Of a stretch of DNA of 64,000 bases, positions 55,008 to 64,000 are shown in pieces. This DNA comes from Octopus vulgaris (lineage: Eukaryota): positions 92,566,001 through 92,630,000 of the forward strand of contig OX597821.1 of NCBI GenBank assembly GCA_951406725.2. The letters run 5' to 3'. The translations under genes and the position numbers were made by a program. The notes beneath the pieces were generated by a model, which had not been told where the DNA came from, made no database searches, and saw only the letters and a program-made list of their open reading frames with translations. The stretch's first letter is position 1; every line of letters begins with the position of its first letter.

Positions 55008-55283
55008 TATATATATCAAACTTTTACATGCAAGTAAATTCAACAAAAAGAATTCCACCTGGTGAGAGATAAATATTGTTTAATGAACACAGTACATATC
55101 TTTATATGTGGAGTTCTTAGATCTGGAAAGAATCTGCCATCTTTCAGCTATGCATAGCTTATATTATTTTGATCCATTGACATATTGATTGCATGTGGCA
55201 TGGCATTAGATTTCAAACCTCATATATGGCTAGCCAACTTAGCGGCTTTACTATGCATATTTATATATATATATATCAGCAAC

Positions 55284-55760
55284 AATTTAGATTCAAATGA
55301 ATATGGTACTTAATTTAGATGCACCAGAATTTTGTATGGTGTTACCCATAAAAATATGTGGGGTGATTATAAAAAAATAAGAAACAAGAATGAATCCGGT
55401 AATTTAGTACAATTGTTTCATACTACAACATTTTATTAAAAGCTGTAAATATTACAGCAGATTTAAGATGCTGAAGATTACTCAGCATCTTAAATCTGAT
55501 GTAATATTTGCAGCTTTTAATAAAATGTTGTAGTATGAAACAATTGTACTAAATTACCGGATCCATTCTTGTGGCTTATTTTTTGAGTATATATATATAT
55601 ATATATCAAAATAAGCAACAGGATATCCAGAAGTGATGCAGTACTCTGGGTATCCTGTTGCTTATTTTTATTTTATTCACCTTTTTTGAAATTGTACAGA
55701 TAATTCTGCACTAATTTTTGGTGCCTCAACTTAAGTACCTAATTCATCTGAATCTCAATT
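55284..55760. mobile_element. Nested palindromes from hammerhead-bearing repeat ends
   Basis: Arms 55372-55474 / 55482-55584; second palindrome 55608-55668; outer diverged pair 55284-55330 / 55716-55760; homologous to 41063-41145. Confidence 0.8.
55470..55555 (+). ncRNA. Type-I hammerhead motif with the 5' arm of stem I lost at the fold-back junction
   Basis: g-CTGAAGA-TTACTCAGCAT..ATGTTGTAGTAT-GAAAC-AATT-GTA-ctaaatt; palindromic ACAATTGT stem III. Confidence 0.6.
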
Positions 55761-56279
55761 ATATATATAAATCCTTAAAAATCCTTAAAAATGTTTTAGC
55801 CCGAAGGCCGCAGCCATGCTGGGGCACCACCATAAATATATATTTATTTATATTTATATATACACACACGTGTATATATTATGAAACTCTATGCAGTTTC
55901 TGTCTACCGGTTCCACTCACAAGACATTGGACAATTCAAGGTTCTTGTAGAAGACAATTAAGCAATGTGCTATGTAGTAAGATCGAACTCAGAACTGCAT
56001 TGTTTCTAAACGCGCCTAACCTCGTAACCGTTCTTGCATCTACAACTGAATCACAAAGTAATTTGACTTATGTAAACTAATAGATTTTGTTTTTATTGCA
56101 CCAGCATTCAGTATAATTTCTGCTACTGCACTTTGTTGCACGTGTTGTTGTATCTGTTACAATTATAGTTGATGTTTATCATTGAAATTATATTCGTTGT
56201 TGCAGAAAATAGGTTAATATAAACTCCATTCTTATATAGTTGTCCTCTCTTATTAAATTTATTTATTTAAGAGCTTGTT

Positions 56280-56894
56280 TATATGCGTGCATGCATGTGA
56301 TATACACACATACAAATATACATGCATACATACACACACACAAATGAAAACACACGCATATATATATATATATATATACATATATGCACACATATACACA
56401 AAGGCACACACACATATATATATATAGATATATGCATATACATATATACATAAATACACGTATATATGCATACTTAGATACATATATGCATAGATACACA
56501 CACACACACATACATATACATACATACTCACATGCATATATGTACATACACAGATACATAGATACATAAATACACATATAAATATGCACACATATACACA
56601 CACAGATACATATATACATGCATACACACATACATACATACATACACACACATATATATACAGACACACACATATACATACATACACACATATATAAATA
56701 CATATGTGCACACCCGTATATACATATATTCACGCTCACACATATATATACATACATACATATGTACACACAGATAGATATATACATGCATATATATGCA
56801 CATACATAAATACATACACGCACACATATATATATACATATATACACACCTGTAAATACATACATAACACACACATATATATATATATACATAA

Positions 56895-56945
<51 letters not shown>

Positions 56946-57687
56946 CAGACACACATACATACATACATGCACACACATATATATATACATATATGCACAC
57001 CTGTATATACATACATACTGGTACACACATATATATACATACATACATGCATACACACAGATACATATATACATACATATATACACACATACATACATAC
57101 ATGCACACATATATATATACATATATGCACACCTGTATATACATACATACTCGTACACACATATATATACTTACATGCATACACACAGATACATATATAT
57201 ACATACATATATACACACATACATACATACACGCACACATATATATATATATACATACGCACCTGTGTATACACACGTATGTGCATTCACAAGCACATGC
57301 ATCCACATTTCTTTTTGTCTTTGTCAATACAACTGCAGCAATTGTTACTGATATGCTGTTCTCATTGCAGCATCTATTGTTATATAAATTGGTTTATATC
57401 AACAGTTGGCTTACATAAGTTGTTGTGTTGTTGTTGCTCTGTGTTGTTGTTGTTGTTGCTGCTGCTGATGATGATCATGTTGTCATTATGGTTAATGCTG
57501 TTTGTGTTGGTGCCTCTTTTGTTGCTGTTGTTGCCACTGTGGTTGTTGTTGTTGTTACCATCTCTTTTGTTGTTTTAACAATTGTTGCTGTCGTTGTTGT
57601 TATGTTGAGGTTGTTGTTGGTGGTGTTGTTGTTGTTGTTGTTGTCGCTGCTGCTACTCTTACCACTGCAGCCGTTGTGTTGTCATTA

Positions 57688-57729
<42 letters not shown>

Positions 57730-57775
57730 GCTATTATTATCATCAATATCATTATTATTATCATTATTATTATTA

Positions 57776-57811
<36 letters not shown>

Positions 57812-57898
57812 TTATTATTATTATTATTATTATATTTATTATTATTATTATTACTATTATTATTATTATTATTTTTATTTTATTATTATTATTATTAC

Positions 57899-57930
<32 letters not shown>

Positions 57931-58100
57931 GTATTAGTATTATTATTATCATTATTATTATTATTATTATCACTATTATTATTACTATTATTATTACTAT
58001 TATTACTATTATTATTATTATTATTATTATCACTATCATTATTACTATTATCATTATTATCATTATTATCATTATCATTATTATCATTATCATTATTATC

Positions 58101-58183
<83 letters not shown>

Positions 58184-58491
58184 CATTATTATCATTATTA
58201 TTATTATTATTATTATAAACTTTATTAATATCATTATTATTGTTGTGGCTGTTGTTGTGGCTGCTGATGTCTCTGTCGTTCTTTTCACGGTTCTTTTTAG
58301 CTCTTAACGTTGTTGATGTTATTATCGTAGCTACAACTTCTGTGGCAGTTATCTCTGTTGTTGTTGTTGTTGTTGTAGCTTGTCATCATTCTAGCTTTTC
58401 TTGATGTTGTTGTTGTTCCCATTATTTTTGTTGCAAGCACTGCAATTGTTTTTATTACTGCCGCTGTTGTTCAACCTATTGTTCCTGTTCC

Positions 58492-58523
<32 letters not shown>

Positions 58524-58680
58524 TCGTTCTTTTACCTGTTGTTGTTTGTATTATAATTTCCTTTGTTTCAAATCTTCATTCACGCAATTATTATACCTGT
58601 GGTTATTGTTTTACAAACATTTTAGAGTTTATTAGCGTTGTTTTGATGATAACAGGAGCAGTGATGGTGGAGATTTTGTA

Positions 58681-58748
<68 letters not shown>

Positions 58749-58810
58749 CTGTTTCATTTTTTTTTGTTTTTTTTTTGTTTTTAGTTCTGCTTTTTTTTTT
58801 TTTGTTTTTT
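56280..58810. repeat. Compound microsatellite field (CA/TA)n, (GTT)n, (TAT)n
   Basis: Seen directly. Confidence 0.95.
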
Positions 58811-59219
58811 TCTTCTATTTCAGTGTATCAGTTTTGCAATCGCAGAGAATTAAACAGCCGCTATTGAAATCAACAGCAGATGTGATGATAATATTACAGC
58901 ACTCCCCTCCATGACTATCACCTCCGTCATTCTTTTAAATAATCTAAATTGTTTCAACAGAATTGTCTTCAACCTGTTTATTTTATTCCACATATTGTTG
59001 TTGATGTATTTCTTGTTATTATTGTAATTTCTTTTACTATTTACAAAACACATGTTTACCTTAATTTTTTTTTTTTTATTTTCGTTTCTCCATCTTTGAC
59101 TACATGGATTTCCTTCAACCGCTTAAGCTTCTATTTTTTCTTTCCTTCATCATTTATTCGCTTGGTTTGTGGGTGGAGCAGGGAGGATCTATTTGTTATG
59201 ATTGTTGTCATAGCTATTA

Positions 59220-59250
<31 letters not shown>

Positions 59251-59486
59251 GTACTTCTAAATCAATGTTAGAGCTCTTTGCTAAGTCAATGTCAGAGGGG
59301 TATTTTGTTTTTGTTTTTGTTTCTTTTTTTGTTTTCTTTTATCCTTTTGGCAAAATAAAGGGCAATACTCATGATACTGTATGACAGTATCCAATTCTGT
59401 CAAGAGAATAGATGGTAGGAATCTTCAGTTTGAGGAATCACCCCAAATGCTTGGATTCTGCTTAAGATTCCAATGGACAAAAGTAT

Positions 59487-59885
59487 GAAGGCAGCAAGCT
59501 GGCAGAATTGTTATCATACCAGGCAAAATGCTTAGCAGTATTTCATCTGTCTTTATGTTCTGAATTCAAATTCTGCCAAGGTCGACTTTGCCTTTCATCC
59601 TTTTGGGGTTGATTAAATAAGTACCAGTTATGCACTGGAGTCGATATAATCGACTTAATCCATTTGTCTGTTCTTGTTTGTCCTCTCTGTGTGTAGCCCC
59701 TTGTGGGTAGTAAAGAAATGAGTATTTCATCTGTCTTTACATTCTGAGTACAAATTCCGCCAATGTCGACTTTGCCTTCCATCCTTTAAGGGTCGATAAA
59801 TTAAGTACCAGTTCTGTTCTGGGGTTGATGTAATCGACTGGTCTCCTACCCTAAAATTTCTGGCCTTGTGCCTAGAATAGAAAAG
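59487..59885 (+). mobile_element. Two tandem SINE family B copies (second partial, alternative tail)
   Basis: The gtatttcatctgtcttta..gtcgactttgcc domain is repeated. Confidence 0.8.
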
Positions 59886-60313
59886 AAAAGATTCCAATGG
59901 AGTAGATAGTAGTGGTGTTAAACTGGGAGATAGATTAAGTGTAGCAGACAAGAAGAGAAAATTGCTCTATACAAACACATTCATGGTTATGCGGTTAAGA
60001 CCTCTCAACCAGATGGTTCTGGGTTCAGCCTCAATGCATTGCATGTTGGAAGAAATAGTTTTCTCTTGTGGATTCAAGATAACCAAAATCTTGTGAGTGA
60101 ATTTGGTAGACTGAAACTGAAAAAAATGATTGTGCGTGTGTGTGAGTGTATATCCTTGCTTTGACATCATGCAATAATTGTAAATGAGCATCATATTCTT
60201 ATAAGCGGTGTCCTTCATTTCCAATCTCCATTCAAAACATGTCACCAATTGGAAAGAGGTGAAGGATGGAAACAAAAAGGGCATCTGATTGTTAAAATGT
60301 ACCCTCCAAATTC

Positions 60314-60549
60314 TTATTTCTTTATTGCCCACAAGAGGCCAAACATAGAGGGGAGAAACAAGGACAGACAAAGAGATTAAGTCGATTACATCGACCCCTG
60401 TGCGTAACTGGTATCTAATTTATCGACCCCGAAAGGACGAAAGGTAAAGTCGACCTCGACTGAATTTGAACTCAGAACATAACGGTGGATGAAATACCGC
60501 TAAGCATTTTGCCCAGCATGCTAATGTTTCTGTCAGTTCACCGCCTTCA
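60314..60549 (-). mobile_element. SINE family B
   Basis: Family match. Confidence 0.85.
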
Positions 60550-60672
60550 AATTCTGTCTAATCCACAGAAAAGCATGTGTTAAAATGGTGATGATGATGA
60601 TGACAATGACGACAACAACAGTGACGACAACAAGTGATGACAACAACGACAGCGATGATTATAATGATGATA

Positions 60673-60705
<33 letters not shown>

Positions 60706-61271
60706 TGATGGTGAGAAAACCCTGATTCTTCATTCAGTTTTTCTTTCCTGTCTGGGGAAATGGAAAGGCATAGCTGTTGCAATGTCTTTATTTCTCTGTG
60801 TAGGACAAGTTAGTTAGAAATTGAGAGTCATACAAACTATTCATATCGTAAAGTCAGTGGTGGCAGTGGTGGTGGTGGAATGGATAGCAAATTGCACAAA
60901 ATCCTTTGCAGTATTTGGTTATAATCCTTTAAATTACGAGCCAGTCTTTCAGGATCCATAAAATAAGTACCAATCAAACTGGTGCAAGTTGGAATAATTG
61001 ACAGTTTCCACCTTCCAAAGTGTGTGACTTTGGCCAAAGTTGGAAATCAACATATAATTTTATGCATCCATATTGTGAATCTAAACCCATTCCAGAAACG
61101 AGAAATCATCCTTATATCCACCTTTCTATCAATATTTTTTTAGTTTTAAGTCTTCTATATTTACTTGTGCTGCTAAGGTTTCCACTATTATATCAAATGC
61201 ATAAGGAATGTTCCTTTATTTTAATTATTACAAGTTTAATTTGTTTTTTATTATTATCAAATAATAGAAGT

Positions 61272-61549
61272 TGCTGAGCTGACAGAATTAACAGTATGCT
61301 GGGTGAAATGCTTACTCTTTTACTTGTTTCGGTCATTTGAAAGTGGCCATGCTGGAGCACTGCATTTAGTCGAAGAAATCAACCCCAGAACTTATTCTTT
61401 GTAAGCCTAGTACTTATTCTATCGGTCTCTTTTGCTGAACCACTAAGTTACGAGGACGTAAACACACCAGCATCGGTTGTCAAGCAATGTTGGAGGGACA
61501 AATACAGACACACAAACATATAAACACACACACACACATATATATTATA

Positions 61550-61591
<42 letters not shown>

Positions 61592-61975
61592 AGAACAAAG
61601 TGTACATACGCCAATTTATAAAATACGATGGGCTTCTTTCAGTTTCCGTCTACCAAATCCTCTCACAAGGCTTTGGTTGGCCCGAGGCTATAGTAGAAGA
61701 CACTTGCTCAAGGTGCCATGCAATTAGGACTGAACCTGGAACCATGTGGTCCATAAGCAAGCTACTTACCACACAGCCACTCCTACACCTATGCCTAAAT
61801 GCTTAGCAGTATGTCATCTGTATTTGCATTCTGAGTTCAAATTCTGCAGGGGTCGACTTTGCCTTTCATCCTTTAGGGGGTCGATAAAATAAGTACCAGC
61901 TGAATACTAGGGTCGAAGTTATCAACTTAACCCCTTCTCTGAAATTGCTGGCCTTGTGCCAAAATTTGAAATCGT
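61272..61975. mobile_element. SINE B (+) interrupted by SINE A (-, 61313-61790)
   Basis: aaatgctta is duplicated at both junctions. Confidence 0.8.
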
Positions 61976-63189
61976 TATTATCTGATAATAATTTGGAGTA
62001 TCTGGCTCTGTGCGGTTCATATCAATTTTTAACTTTTCAACTTGCAAAGGTGTATTATTTGCAATATGTAGGACCATACTGGTTCATTTTGTATATTTTG
62101 AGAGCCATAGGCAACATATCTATAATTTAATTTTTAAATAAGTTTAATTAGATCTGTTTTACACTGTTCAAGGTCTTTTATTATTGATAGAGTAGGGTCG
62201 TAACTCAAAAGTGAATCTTATTGTCTACTATTAGTGTATTCAATCGCATCAGGAATCAATCAATTCAATACCAGCGATATTTTGTGGTTGAAACAATTAC
62301 CTTTATCCACCCTGCCATTAAAAACTGACATGTGTCTCCTGTCAAAAGAAAGGGGGGGGGGGGAAACCCCATTTTTCTTTATCTTTTCTGAATTTCTGAA
62401 AATTTTCTTGTAGGTACCGCAATTGCAATATTTTCTTATATGTACAGATTTATATTCTTATTGTATAGAAAATGATTTATTAGGTTCTTGCTAACCCTTG
62501 CTCTAGAGTATTACCATTTTCTGTCAATTCACCATTCTCAGAGTAACAGTGATCGTGTTGATTCTGAAAAATTACATTATGGTGTTAAGGATAGAAAGAA
62601 AATGAAGGGGGGACTACAAATGAAGTTAGGATATTCTTTTACTTTTAGTTTAGTTTGCTTCATTTTCAATAGTGTTGTTTTTATGTATTACAGTTGAGTT
62701 TAACATGGATGTAATAAACGTGATATATCTCCCTCACACTGGGGGCTGCAGTGTTTATGGCTAAATACTTCAATAACCATGAGTATTGCATATTCTCTGA
62801 AAAAGTTGCATTTTTATATTTATTTATTTATTATTATTTTTTTTTATAATTGATTCATGTTTCGCTTTGAATATTAACCTTTCTGCCACCTTATTTGAAA
62901 GCTTCAATAGATAGACATGTTCTAGTTTTCCACCATAGTCTCCCTAGGTATGCCAGAATGTTCATAAAACTGCTGAAGATCAGTGAAGAGCAGAAAAGCG
63001 ATCTTAAGAAGCTCAGAAAAAAATAGCCATCAAAAGTGCTTGGATGATGAGGATTATTTAATAATTTTATATGGGAATTAAAGAAAACATCATTGTCAGG
63101 AATATGGTAAACTATACACAAATACACTGTCTTCAAGAATACTATGATGATAATAATATTCATTTAATTTTCAGTAAATTATCAATTTA

Positions 63190-63646
63190 ACCCTTAGGGA
63201 TTAACCATACTTAGGGGTTAGCCATACTTAAATGGCAAATATACGTCATGATGTGTTGTAGCTACTGTTTATAACTCGCTCTGAGATTTATTATTGCTTA
63301 TTTACACTTTTTCGATATCAGTATCTATCGATACTGGAAAAAAGTATAAGTAATTGTGAAGGGAACTTACTTCTCATTGAAAACTGTGATTGTCACATGC
63401 CAATGACGGGTCAATACCCAGAAACTCGAGTCCGTGTGTATCATAAGTTGAAGACAGGAAGAATAGCTTCCCTTTGCAAATACTGATAGGACACAGAAAG
63501 TGTGTCTATAGCCAGCTGGAGGAGGTGTCCTCCTGGGGCTACAAACTACAGTAGCATCCACCCTTAGGGGTTAGCCATACTTAAATGGCAAATATACTCC
63601 ACGATGTGTTGTAGCTACTGTTTATAACTCGCTCTGAGATTTATTA
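63190..63646 (+). mobile_element. Partial tandem repeat, 353-nt unit, retrozyme-like
   Basis: 63210-63293 is repeated at 63563-63646; HHR motif inside the unit. Confidence 0.75.
63394..63438 (+). ncRNA. Type-I hammerhead motif, decayed core
   Basis: cacatg-CCAATGA-CGGGT-caat-ACCCA-GAAAC-TCGA-GTC-cgtgtg; 6-bp stem I, palindromic ACTCGAGT stem III. Confidence 0.7.
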
Positions 63647-64000
63647 TATCAATTTATAGTTATTCACAAACTATATTTCAGAAGACGATGTTCCTACCTG
63701 TGTTTAATTTAACATCATTTTTGATCGATTGAAATTTGTGGAGTTCTTCTCTTTGCCTCTTGTGAGATTAATATTTCCTTAACGTTAGTGAATGTTCTTG
63801 TCATTACAGCTACAATTTCATATGATTGTAAATTATTTTCAGCTCACACCATATGGTAGGTTATACTTGACTACATGTTCTTCATGCTTGAGACACATGT
63901 GGGATATTTTCCAATGACGTTTTTAATAAGATATTGTTATATTCTTTCATCAACACAGAGGTAATTTTTTACTCTTGTCTCTTTATATACTCACTCTTGA

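Noticed and set aside
63188-63220. Telomere-like taaccct/ttaggg words
   Set aside because: Only isolated units belonging to the repeat itself; not an array.
63480-63515. ctgataggacacagaaagtgtgtc as a hammerhead
   Set aside because: It is a simple hairpin, with no stem II between the core-like words.

Overview
AT-rich, gene-free eukaryotic DNA (intronic or intergenic), very probably from an octopus; this is inferred from the SINE families and the extreme microsatellite density. No host protein-coding gene can be supported, and almost all listed ORFs are microsatellite or SINE artefacts. The window holds three abundant tRNA-derived SINE families, 3' fragments of an RTE LINE, CR1-type RT fragments, two decayed Ty3/Gypsy elements, non-autonomous Helitrons and mariner/hAT/piggyBac-type MITEs. 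The main unexplained signal is about a dozen type-I hammerhead ribozyme (HHR) motifs, from intact to decayed, in several unrelated short repeat families. These elements sit in microsatellites and are arranged as tandem units, fold-backs or rod-like inverted repeats with an HHR on each strand; one is fused to a tRNA-like Pol III head. This points to a Penelope-like / retrozyme-type system. All structures and alignments were read by eye and none was computed.
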